From the NCBI GenBank assembly GCA_964597425.1, contig CAZQYL010000001.1, positions 17,721 to 49,408 on the forward strand: a stretch of DNA of 31,688 bases, given 5' to 3'. Both the position numbers and the translations under genes were made by a program. This DNA comes from an uncultured Ignavibacteriales bacterium (GTDB lineage: Bacteria > Bacteroidota > Ignavibacteria > Tepidaquicellales > OLB5). Below are positions 6,821 through 15,715 of this stretch, piece by piece. The notes beneath the pieces were generated by a model. The model did no database searches. It had not been told where the DNA came from and was given only the letters and a program-made list of their open reading frames with translations. The stretch's first letter is position 1. Each line of letters opens with the position of its first letter.

Positions 6821-8125
6821 CTACTTTTTAAAATCAACGTACATATCTTCAAAATTGAGTATCATTTCACTGAATTCACCCATGTAATCCTGCCCTAGAT
6901 TGCCAAAATAGCCCTTATCATGATCTTTGATATTTTCAGAAATCACTCTTACGTCATCAAGCTTAAGCTTTGAATTCCCTATTCTGAAAGCAATATTTTC
7001 AAGCCTGAATCCTTTAACCTTAATAGTACCGCCTGCCCCGCCGAACTCGATTTCTTCTATCTCGTATTTACTTTCAATTTTTGCTTTATTGCGCCTGTAA
7101 TATGATGAATAAAGCATAGTAGCTTTGGCACCGGTATCAAAGGTAAATGCGAGTGAATCATTTCCATCTATAACTTCAATTGAGGGAATGAAACCATCTA
7201 TCAGCATGTTTGAAAGTGTTCCGGGTGTCTTTTCTTTTGGTATGAATATTTCCTCTTTCCTGATATGAATTTCTTTCATTTCTTTGATGACAGGAAGTCC
7301 GATAATCCCGTTTATTACATAAAGCCCACCGGCAAAGCTTAATGATTCATCCGGCAAAACAAGGAAAAGTACATTGTGCAGTTTCATACTTCCTATCTCA
7401 AGCAGTTCTGCACAGGCAAGCTTTGATTTGATCTTTTTACCTGTAACTGAGCCTACTTCGATCTTTCCCTCAAGCATTCTGAGCTTCATCTTCTTTGCAT
7501 ATGTTTCATTAACCACGGAAAAATTTGCACCTGTATCAAAAATGAAATCTTCATTTACGCCGCCGCATTTTACAGGGATATTGATCAGTCCGGCCAGATC
7601 TTTTTTAAGGGGGATCTTTGAATCCCCGGTAATTTCAATGCTCTGTTTCTGAATATTCTCTGCAGCCTTCCAGATTATCATTGAATTCTTCATATCCTCA
7701 TCCTCAGCAGAATCAAGCAGAGTAGCATAATTCTGCAAAACATACTCAGTGCAGTACAGAGCATCTTTGTAATCAAACAAATTTACCGAGTTCTTCATTC
7801 TCGTTTCATAAAGCTGCATTTTTAGGGAATCGTGAAGCTCATTTCCGTACTTTTCAAGCACTTCTGATATAGTTCTGTTCGATTCAAAGTTCTTATGTCT
7901 CAGATTGAGTATCAGCGCATTAATGTATGTTCTTTCCCAGTCATTCAGTCCCGTATTATCATAATTTTCAGAGAACCTGAAAAGATCTTTATTCTCGAGT
8001 AGTTCAAGCAACACAATTAAATCATTACTTGCAGATAACTTTTCACGGCATGCTTGTCCTATAGAAATAAATTCTGCCGAAGTGCCGGCTGCCAATATTA
8101 ACATCAATAAAATAGTCAGTTTCAT
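6821..8125 (-). CDS. Secreted aspartyl protease with two retropepsin-like domains
   Basis: Two catalytic-type motifs FIFDTGANFSVV and FTFDTGAKATML, each followed by a downstream GIIG or GNLG flap/closing motif. The start is moved from 8203 to ATG 8125 (MKLTILLMLILAAG, a signal peptide); the upstream extension looks like AT-rich intergenic DNA. Confidence 0.85.
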   Translation of the reverse strand: MKLTILLMLILAAGTSAEFISIGQACREKLSASNDLIVLLELLENKDLFRFSENYDNTGLNDWERTYINALILNLRHKNFESNRTISEVLEKYGNELHDSLKMQLYETRMKNSVNLFDYKDALYCTEYVLQNYATLLDSAEDEDMKNSMIIWKAAENIQKQSIEITGDSKIPLKKDLAGLINIPVKCGGVNEDFIFDTGANFSVVNETYAKKMKLRMLEGKIEVGSVTGKKIKSKLACAELLEIGSMKLHNVLFLVLPDESLSFAGGLYVINGIIGLPVIKEMKEIHIRKEEIFIPKEKTPGTLSNMLIDGFIPSIEVIDGNDSLAFTFDTGAKATMLYSSYYRRNKAKIESKYEIEEIEFGGAGGTIKVKGFRLENIAFRIGNSKLKLDDVRVISENIKDHDKGYFGNLGQDYMGEFSEMILNFEDMYVDFKK

Positions 8126-8199
8126 GGTATTCTTATTTATACACAAAATTAATTTATTATAAGAGAAATCTATTGTAAAAAAGCGACATACGATCAAAT

Positions 8200-9015
8200 T
8201 CATTCTGCAACCAGGTACTTATGATCGATCAACTTCTGCCTGCTTTCAAATCCGGATGGCAGCATACCAAGGAACTCCCTGAATTCCCTGTAATAATGTG
8301 ATTGGTCATAATAACCTGATTCAACAAGTGTATCAAAATGCCTGAAATTATTCTTTACGAGTTTTCTGGTCACGTTGTGAAACCTAACCAAACGGCAAAA
8401 TTCCTTAGGAGTAAGCCCGGTTGCTTTTGCAAAATTCCTCTGAAATTGTCTGGGGCTGATTGGTAAACCGGAATATTCCTGTTCAAGCTTCAGAGATCCA
8501 TCACTATCTGTTATCTTTTCAATAATTGAAAAAACCGGATCTGCCGTAACTGAAAAACACTGCAGCTTTTCTTTCAGAAATCCATTAATAACAGATAACT
8601 TCTGAACAGTGTTCTTTGCATTTCTTAATGAAATTTTCAATTGTTTTATTTCCGGTGATGCTAATAGACTTTGCAGCTTTACAGCTTTATTTTTTGCTGC
8701 AAAAGGATCAATTAGGAATACTTTTTGAAAAACCGAGGGATGAAAACGGGTACCGATTGTTATCAGATAAGGTAAGTTCCTGAAAGGACAATTCGATAAA
8801 TTTGGTCCTGAAACATAGATCTCATTTTTTTCCTTTAACTGAGGAAAAGTAAAGATGAGTGAAGTTGTATAATCGGATAATAAGTGAAAATGAGTTTTAC
8901 TTCCTGTAAAAGAAGCGGATTCAAAAACCCAGAATTTTTCAACAGCATGCCGGAATTCTGCGGGAGGTGCGTATTCTTTATATTTGTATCCCCTGTTCTT
9001 ATCCGGTTTTGACAT
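8200..9015 (-). CDS. AraC/XylS family transcriptional regulator
   Basis: C-terminal double HTH (ISPRQFQRNFAKATGLTPKEFCRLVRF...GYYDQSHYYREFREFLGMLP); N-terminal YxEYxP..F...VE.FW domain typical of this AraC subfamily. Confidence 0.92.
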   Translation of the reverse strand: MSKPDKNRGYKYKEYAPPAEFRHAVEKFWVFESASFTGSKTHFHLLSDYTTSLIFTFPQLKEKNEIYVSGPNLSNCPFRNLPYLITIGTRFHPSVFQKVFLIDPFAAKNKAVKLQSLLASPEIKQLKISLRNAKNTVQKLSVINGFLKEKLQCFSVTADPVFSIIEKITDSDGSLKLEQEYSGLPISPRQFQRNFAKATGLTPKEFCRLVRFHNVTRKLVKNNFRHFDTLVESGYYDQSHYYREFREFLGMLPSGFESRQKLIDHKYLVAE

Positions 9016-9069
9016 ATACCAAAATTAGTTAACAGGGTCATTAAAAGAAATGGAATGATAACTGCGCTC

Positions 9070-9300
9070 TTAGAAATCCAGAAATCTGAGGTTTTTTTCA
9101 TATAATTCTGAAGTACCGACTCCGGTTTTAAATTCATTCCCTGCAGATGCCGCAGTTCTATCCATAGCTTCATCGAAGTTATGGATCAGGTTTTCCATTA
9201 CAAGATCTTTCCTGTTCCTTTCAGCTGCTGTTTTGCTGATCTCTTTTTCAAGATCGTTCAGTCTTCTTTCCAGTTCTTCCAAAAATGATGTATTTTTCAT
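9070..9300 (-). CDS. Small hypothetical protein (76 aa), probable coiled coil
   Basis: ORF fills the gap between the kinase and araC on the same strand; heptad-like LEELERRLNDLEKEI. I prefer ATG 9300 over 9351 because a TAnnTTTG box overlaps 9345-9352. Confidence 0.6.
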   Translation of the reverse strand: MKNTSFLEELERRLNDLEKEISKTAAERNRKDLVMENLIHNFDEAMDRTAASAGNEFKTGVGTSELYEKNLRFLDF

Positions 9301-9411
9301 ATTCTTATTTTCGTAAAAGTTAAAAAATTTCCGGGTAATAACTCCAAACATATCTTCGCAAGGGTAAAAAAAGCTATATTGTACTGCATTATTAAATGTG
9401 GGGACAATTAA

Positions 9412-10944
9412 TTAGGAGTAATGAAATCTTGTCTGATAATTACTTCCCCGGAAATTAATTTTATATTCTGTTCCGCCTTTTGACAGAAGTTCTATCCTGC
9501 CTTCAAGCTGACTTACCAGCATTTCAATCAAATGCATTCCAAAACTTACAACATGTCCGTTAACAATATTCATAGGAATTCCTACACCGTTATCCATATA
9601 TCTTAGCTCAAATTCATTTTCATTTGTTTTCAAAAGTGAAATTTCGATCTTACCTTTCCTTCCGCCGGGAAAACCGTGTTTAAGCGAGTTTGAAACTATT
9701 TCATTGATAAGCAGCCCAAAGGGCACAGCTGTTTCGATGGTAAACTCAACTTCTTCCGCATTTACTGAAATTGATATACTGTCTCTTTGTTCGCTGTAAC
9801 TTGCAAGCAATTGACTTGATAGCCCAAGAAGGTATTCCTGCATGTTTATCCTTGCCATATCGGTTGACCTGTACAAATGCTGATGAATAAGCGCCATTGA
9901 TCGTACCCTGTTTTGGCTTATTGTAAGCTGTGATTTCAGTTTAACATCATCAACTGTTGTAGATTGAAGATTAAGCAGACTTATTACAATCTGCAGATTG
10001 TTCTTAACCCTGTGATGAATTTCTTTAAGCATTATCTCTTTTTCTTCGAGGCTTTGCTCTAGCCTTTTGGTGATATTTTTCTCCCTGGTAATATCATCCT
10101 TTATGGCTATAAAGTTTGTGATAAGATCATTTTCATCTACTACGGGTGTGATCTTTATACGTTCCCAATAAAGCTCACCTGATTTTTTCTTATTTTTAAT
10201 CTCTCCCTGCCATACATTTCCTGTCAGGATTGTTGTCCACAAATCTTTATATGTCTCATTTTCTGTAGATTCGGATCGGAGTATATCAGGATTCCCGCCG
10301 AGCGCTTCCTGTTTGGTATAGCCGGTAAGATCGGCAAATTTTTTGTTAACGTATTCAATTTTTCCGTTTATATCGGTAATAACAATTGTATTAGAAGACT
10401 GTTCAACAGCGGCAGTAAGCCTCTTAATATTCTTTTCGGATTCTATCCTCAAGGTCATATCGCGGGAAATTATCACAATATTTTTATTTCTCTCATTTTC
10501 ATACTTTGAACCCGCAGACTCGAGGTAAATGTAATTTCCGTCAGCCTTTCTGAAACGGTATGAACTAATGATCGATTTTCCGGGTGAATAAAGTCCGCGC
10601 CTGAAATCTTCCGTCACACGTTTCAAGTCATCTTTATGTATGAACCCAAAAGCACATTGCCCTACAAGTTCATCTTTCTTGTATCCAAGCATCTTTTCAA
10701 TAGAATCGCTTTCATATAAAATTATCCCGTCCTGAGATAAAACTGTGATAATATCGGTTGAAAGATTCAGAAGTGACTTAAGTACTTCATCTGAAATTGT
10801 TCGGTTATGGTTCCTGTTGTTGCTCAGAGATGAACTTTTGCGTAAAATACCTACATCATTACCTGTCACTGCTCCTGACAAGTAATCGAGGGAACCTGAA
10901 GAAGTTTCTTCAAGATAAATTATTTTATTTAGTGCCTGCTGCAT
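9412..10944 (-). CDS. Cytoplasmic PAS-PAS sensor histidine kinase, HisKA_2/HWE-like class
   Basis: Two PAS/PAC domains; H-box [12 protein letters not shown]; HATPase NEIVSNSLKHGF and DNGVGIP. The ORF is open to 10992; ATG 10944 is chosen to minimise overlap with the upstream gene, so the start is uncertain. Confidence 0.92.
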   Translation of the reverse strand: MQQALNKIIYLEETSSGSLDYLSGAVTGNDVGILRKSSSLSNNRNHNRTISDEVLKSLLNLSTDIITVLSQDGIILYESDSIEKMLGYKKDELVGQCAFGFIHKDDLKRVTEDFRRGLYSPGKSIISSYRFRKADGNYIYLESAGSKYENERNKNIVIISRDMTLRIESEKNIKRLTAAVEQSSNTIVITDINGKIEYVNKKFADLTGYTKQEALGGNPDILRSESTENETYKDLWTTILTGNVWQGEIKNKKKSGELYWERIKITPVVDENDLITNFIAIKDDITREKNITKRLEQSLEEKEIMLKEIHHRVKNNLQIVISLLNLQSTTVDDVKLKSQLTISQNRVRSMALIHQHLYRSTDMARINMQEYLLGLSSQLLASYSEQRDSISISVNAEEVEFTIETAVPFGLLINEIVSNSLKHGFPGGRKGKIEISLLKTNENEFELRYMDNGVGIPMNIVNGHVVSFGMHLIEMLVSQLEGRIELLSKGGTEYKINFRGSNYQTRFHYS

Positions 10945-11341
10945 CTGCAGATTCTTCTGAACTTTCTTTTGATTTTTGTTTTGTTCTTTCATTTAACACA
11001 TCATACACCTTCTCAAACTCCATAGCTTTATCGAAAAAATGCATTGCTCCAAGGTTTTTGCATTTATCCCTGTAGTATTGGTAGTTTAGATTGGAAAGTA
11101 CAATTACATAAGGCTTAAAATCGAAATGCGAAATTTCTTCAAGCACTTTTATACCGTGACCGTATTTAAGAGAAATATCCAGGATAACATAGTCAGGATG
11201 CAATTCCTTTATCAGCTTAACGGCTGTATATCCGTCTGAAGCACGTCCATCTATCCTGATTTTTTCAAGAGGTTCCAGCAGTTTAGTCAGTTTTTGAACA
11301 ACCAGATCAGAATCTTCGACAATCAGCATGTTGTAAGGCAT
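10925..11341 (-). CDS. Single-domain response regulator (receiver only)
   Basis: LIVEDS, phosphoacceptor ILDISL, VLSN and FFDK motifs; no output domain. Confidence 0.9.
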   Translation of the reverse strand: MPYNMLIVEDSDLVVQKLTKLLEPLEKIRIDGRASDGYTAVKLIKELHPDYVILDISLKYGHGIKVLEEISHFDFKPYVIVLSNLNYQYYRDKCKNLGAMHFFDKAMEFEKVYDVLNERTKQKSKESSEESADAAGTK

Positions 11342-11362
11342 TTAATTATAAATTTCTTACTA

Positions 11363-11370
11363 CAAATATA
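11363..11370 (-). promoter_or_regulatory. Candidate -7 box (TATATTTG) for the receiver-only gene
   Basis: Exact TAnnTTTG on the minus strand, 21 nt upstream of ATG 11341. Confidence 0.4.
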
Positions 11371-11459
11371 TCGTGAATTGAGAGAATTTTGTAAGAGCAG
11401 AAAGTATGAATTGACTGTAGTTAATTATGTTACAGAGAAGAGTACTAAATATTTGTTTT

Positions 11460-12104
11460 TTAATCAATTAAGTTATTATGCATCGCATACTGGGTAAGTT
11501 CTACATTTGAATTCATATTTAGTTTCTCAAGTATCCGTGCCCTGTACGTGTTAACCGTATGAACGCTGATAGAAATCTCAGAAGCAATATCAACGGCCTT
11601 TTTGCCGGAAGCGATCTTTATGAATACCTCGTATTCGCGGTCAGATAGAAGTTCGTGCGGCTGCTTATCCATATCATCAGAAAGAATATCAGCCAGTTTT
11701 TCTGCCAATGCCTTACTTACATATTTCCGTCCGGTAAGAACCGTCCTGATTGCTTTAACCAGTTCATCAGGCGCGCTTTCTTTGGTAAGATAACCGGCAG
11801 CGCCGGCTTTAAGCGCTCTAATGGCAAAGCGGTCTTCAGGATGCATGCTCAGGATCAATATGCGGTATTTCTTTTTCATAGCTTTAAGATCTTTAAGCAC
11901 TTCAAGCCCGCTTTTGCCAGGCATAGATATATCCATAATGACAACATCCGGTTCCAGGTCCTTAATTATTGCCATGGCTTCATTTGCATTAGAGGCCTCA
12001 CCAACGATCTTCATATCGATTTCATCCTGAATGGTTTTCTTTATTCCCTCTCTCAAAAACGCATGATCATCTGCTATAACTATACTAACTATTTTTTCTT
12101 CCAT
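11460..12104 (-). CDS. NarL/FixJ family response regulator (REC + LuxR HTH)
   Basis: IADDHAFLREG, VIMDISMPGKSGLE, LSMHPED, GAAGYLTK; HTH LSDREYEVF...IASEISISVHTVNTYRARILEKL. Confidence 0.96.
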   Translation of the reverse strand: MEEKIVSIVIADDHAFLREGIKKTIQDEIDMKIVGEASNANEAMAIIKDLEPDVVIMDISMPGKSGLEVLKDLKAMKKKYRILILSMHPEDRFAIRALKAGAAGYLTKESAPDELVKAIRTVLTGRKYVSKALAEKLADILSDDMDKQPHELLSDREYEVFIKIASGKKAVDIASEISISVHTVNTYRARILEKLNMNSNVELTQYAMHNNLID

Positions 12105-15100
12105 TACTGTTTAATTGGTATGATAATTTTTAAAGTTGTACCTGAATCTTTTTCACCTTTGATAGTAAGTTTCCCTTTAACTGAATATACTCTTTCCTTA
12201 ATCCCAACTAACCCCAGAGATTTTGCATTATCAATCTCACTTTCGGTAATACCCCTGCCATTATCTTCAATCGTAAGATATATGCTTTCTCCCCTGATTG
12301 CAAGCCCTATCTTGGATCTGCCTGCACCTGAGTGTCTTGCCACATTTGTTAAAGATTCCTGTACTATTCTGAAAATAGTGTTTTCCAATTCATGTTTAAA
12401 TTTAAGTTCATTATGAGAAATTGAAACAATACAGTCAATCCCTGTTCTTTTGGTAAATTCCTCAGCCTGCCATTCAATTGCATCCTTTAAACCAAGTTTA
12501 TCCAGCACATCAGGTCTTAGTTCACGGGCAATCCTTCTCACAGAATTGATAGTCTGGTCAGTAATATCCGACATGGATTTCAGGCCATTTTGCAGCTCAT
12601 TCCATTCAGGTTTTCCGCTGATCCTGATCTTATCAATTTGCCGGGATAGGAACGCAATATCCATCTTTAATGCAGTAAGCTCCTGTCCCAGCTGATCATG
12701 AATTTCCCGGGATATCATGGTTCTTTCTTCTTCCCTGATAATCTGCAAATGTGCGGCAAGCGCATGAAGCCGCTGGTTTGATTCTTTCAGTTTTTCTTCC
12801 GCAATGATCTTATCGGTAATATCCGTCGCAATAAGTGTCAACCCTTCAACCGCTGAATCTTTTACCTGGGGAATAGCCTGTACAGAATAGAATTTTCCAC
12901 GGTTCGCTTCAGAACTCTTAACAATAAAACTTTCAGCCCGTTTTTCCGAAAATACTCTTTCTGTTATTTCTCTTACTCTTCCAACATCATCTTTATCCAA
13001 TAGATCAAAACCATTCATGCCTGTTATTTCATCACTATTGTATACACTCACAAATGATCTGTTAATGCCTGTAATTGTATATTTCCTGTCAACTGTAAAT
13101 ATTACACTTGGGCTGTTTTCAAACAGCGAGCGCCATTTTTCTTCACTTTCCTTCAGCTCGTTTTCCATTTTCCGCCTGAAAGAAATATCTATCATGCTTC
13201 CAACCATCCTGTATGGTTTGCCGTCACTTCCCTTAAGAATATATCCCCGGTCAAATACATATGCAAACGTTCCATCACTCTTACGGAATGAATACTCATC
13301 AAACCAGAACTCCTGGCCGGAATTAACCGCATGATTGATACCATCAACAATTCTCTTTTTATCATCTTCATGGATACGTTCTTCCCAGTTTGACATCTTT
13401 GGTCCTATCTCTTCTGCCTTGTAGCCAAACAGGTCAGTAAATCCATCATTCCACCAGACGCTATCCGTCTTAAGATCCCAATCCCATAATGCATCATTGG
13501 TGGCTTTTGTTATAAGCTTGAACCGTTCATTTGTTTCAATTATTTCGCGTTGTGCCTTTTTCTGTTCTGTAAGATCCCTGAAGAATACCTGTGCCCCTTT
13601 TTTTCCTTCATGAACATAAGGTATTGCCGAGACCATAACCTTAATTTCAGAACCATCAGCTTTCATGAATGTCTCTTCCAGCTCTCCAGCAGGTATGCCT
13701 GAAACAATTTTTCCAAGTCTGTTCTTCACTATTTCTCTATAGTCAGGGTGTACCATCTCAAAGACGTTCTTACCTGTTAAGAATTTATGGGAATCTGCCC
13801 CAAGCATCTTGTATCCTTCGGGGTTGATATATGTAATGATACTATCAAGCTGAGTAAATATGCCAATAGGTGCACTTTCCACAATCTGTTTATACCGTTC
13901 CTCAATAAGCATTCTTTCTTTTTCGAGCTCTATATATTCGATTGCAAATGAAATGTCTTCTGCCAATTCAAGAAGAAGTTCAGTTTCTGTTTTGCCAAAA
14001 AAATTCTTCTTTTCAGAATATATATTATACACCGCCACAACTTCATTCCTGAACTCAATAGGAAACGTTGCAAATGACCTGAATCCTTTTGCCAGAGTAG
14101 CTTCCTTCCAGAGTCTTAATTGAGGATCATTTTCAACATCATTGCTAACATAATATACTTTATCATTGAATGCCCTAACGATCGGACCCTTTATGTTTTC
14201 AGGTTCATCTGAAGATATACTGATATTTTCAAGATAGTTTTCAGAATCACCAAATTGGTATGCCGGTAATATTTTTCCCGAATTCTCATCTAATATACCG
14301 ATCCATGCAAGCCTGAACATCCCGAATTCTACAGCAAGCCTGCAAGCATCGTTCAATATCTGTTCTTTATTTCTGGCCCGTACAATGAGCTGATTCATAT
14401 TTGTCATGAGTGAGTATACCCTGTTATGGAATTTCACCCTCTCGCCTGACTCGAATCTTTCTGTGATATCAAGTGAAGTTCCGAACATACCTGTAAGTTT
14501 TCCAGCCGGATCTTTATTTACCATACAATTGGTAAGGAGGTATTTTTCTTTACCCCGGGAATCAGTTATCCTGCTTTCATACTGCAAAAACCCGTTGCCT
14601 TTTTTTATTGCCTCTTTAATACTTTTAAAATCAATTTCAAGCTGCTCCTTTGTTGCAAAATCAGTGAATTTTTTCCCGATCATCTCTTCGGGTTTCAATC
14701 CATAAATTTCCCGGGAAGCGTTGTTTACAAAAGAAATTATATTATTTTCATCCGTAGCCCAAATAAGCTCATGGGATGCTTCCACTAAAGTCCTGTATTT
14801 ACTTTCACTGCTGATGAGTTTCTTTTCAATGTTCTTCCTTGCAGAAAGATCGTGTACAATATGAATGAACTCTATATTATTATCTCTTAAAACAGCTTTA
14901 GTACTTATCTCAACAGGGATAATTGTCCCGTCTTTTCTTCTATGATTAATCTCAAATTCTCTTCCGGTATTATTCACTACATCGCTCATCTGCTTTCTGA
15001 TGAATTCAATATCGTTATACTCATGAATATCCTTAATGCTTAGCTTAAGAAACTCTTCCTGAGTATATCCATACAGATCACAGGCTTTTGAATTTGTCCC

Positions 15101-15439
15101 GATGATCCTGTAATCTTTATCAAGTATAAAAATAGGATCATTTGCACTATCAAAAATATTTTTCCATTTTATCTCTGACTTCGACACTTCAGACTCAAGT
15201 TTTTCCCTCTGCATTTCTCGTCTTTTTATTGTAAAGAAAACCAGAAGTGAAGTTACGAGTATAAAGAATAGTCCCTTGTAAAGCTCAAATCTTGGACCCA
15301 GATCTGACCCTTTTGTGAAATACTGAACAAGTTCGCCTGAAACTGTTATCCATAAAGTTCCAAAGACAAGATATATCAACGTAACAAAAAAGGCAGATGA
15401 TCTACTCTTATTTAGTTTAAGTCTTTTCAAAACAAACAA
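12104..15439 (-). CDS. Membrane-anchored multi-sensor histidine kinase (2 TM, 5 PAS, 1 GAF, HisKA_3 + HATPase); likely cognate of the NarL-type regulator
   Basis: Two hydrophobic N-terminal segments; five PAS/PAC repeats and one GAF read from the protein; H-box REIHDQLGQELT, ELRPDVLD, QESLTNVARHS, DNGRG. TTG start. Its stop overlaps the regulator start (TAATG at 12106-12102). Confidence 0.94.
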   Translation of the reverse strand: MFVLKRLKLNKSRSSAFFVTLIYLVFGTLWITVSGELVQYFTKGSDLGPRFELYKGLFFILVTSLLVFFTIKRREMQREKLESEVSKSEIKWKNIFDSANDPIFILDKDYRIIGTNSKACDLYGYTQEEFLKLSIKDIHEYNDIEFIRKQMSDVVNNTGREFEINHRRKDGTIIPVEISTKAVLRDNNIEFIHIVHDLSARKNIEKKLISSESKYRTLVEASHELIWATDENNIISFVNNASREIYGLKPEEMIGKKFTDFATKEQLEIDFKSIKEAIKKGNGFLQYESRITDSRGKEKYLLTNCMVNKDPAGKLTGMFGTSLDITERFESGERVKFHNRVYSLMTNMNQLIVRARNKEQILNDACRLAVEFGMFRLAWIGILDENSGKILPAYQFGDSENYLENISISSDEPENIKGPIVRAFNDKVYYVSNDVENDPQLRLWKEATLAKGFRSFATFPIEFRNEVVAVYNIYSEKKNFFGKTETELLLELAEDISFAIEYIELEKERMLIEERYKQIVESAPIGIFTQLDSIITYINPEGYKMLGADSHKFLTGKNVFEMVHPDYREIVKNRLGKIVSGIPAGELEETFMKADGSEIKVMVSAIPYVHEGKKGAQVFFRDLTEQKKAQREIIETNERFKLITKATNDALWDWDLKTDSVWWNDGFTDLFGYKAEEIGPKMSNWEERIHEDDKKRIVDGINHAVNSGQEFWFDEYSFRKSDGTFAYVFDRGYILKGSDGKPYRMVGSMIDISFRRKMENELKESEEKWRSLFENSPSVIFTVDRKYTITGINRSFVSVYNSDEITGMNGFDLLDKDDVGRVREITERVFSEKRAESFIVKSSEANRGKFYSVQAIPQVKDSAVEGLTLIATDITDKIIAEEKLKESNQRLHALAAHLQIIREEERTMISREIHDQLGQELTALKMDIAFLSRQIDKIRISGKPEWNELQNGLKSMSDITDQTINSVRRIARELRPDVLDKLGLKDAIEWQAEEFTKRTGIDCIVSISHNELKFKHELENTIFRIVQESLTNVARHSGAGRSKIGLAIRGESIYLTIEDNGRGITESEIDNAKSLGLVGIKERVYSVKGKLTIKGEKDSGTTLKIIIPIKQ

Positions 15440-15648
15440 TTTGTTTTATAAACAAAACCTGAATTAATCAAAATTTTAATTTCAAAGAGGGGTAAAAACA
15501 TTAATTATTATTTGCAGGGAATGAAATTTGCTGTACGTGCCTTGGTAATTAGACCTGCAAAATTGCAATTACAATATAAATAATAATTTATTCATATTAT
15601 ATGCCATACAGGAAAACCGTTAGATTGCTTAGGAGAACAAAAATTTGG

Positions 15649-15686
15649 AAAATTGCCTGAAATTCGCTCAAATTTCAGGCAATTTT
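15649..15686 (-). terminator. Probable intrinsic terminator of pepP
   Basis: Perfect 16-bp inverted repeat AAAATTGCCTGAAATT / AATTTCAGGCAATTTT with a 6-nt loop, 29 nt past the pepP stop. Confidence 0.75.
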
Positions 15687-15715
15687 GAAGAAATTCAAAT
15701 ACTTGTAATTACATT

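Noticed and set aside
8126-8203. N-terminal extension of the protease to 8203
   Set aside because: It translates AT-rich intergenic DNA that contains a candidate promoter box. The signal peptide starts at ATG 8125.
11655-12416. 253-aa plus-strand ORF and the other antisense or nested ORFs in the track (e.g. 4974..5372, 18682..19218, 19451..19834)
   Set aside because: They are shadows of well-supported genes on the opposite strand and have no recognisable motifs.
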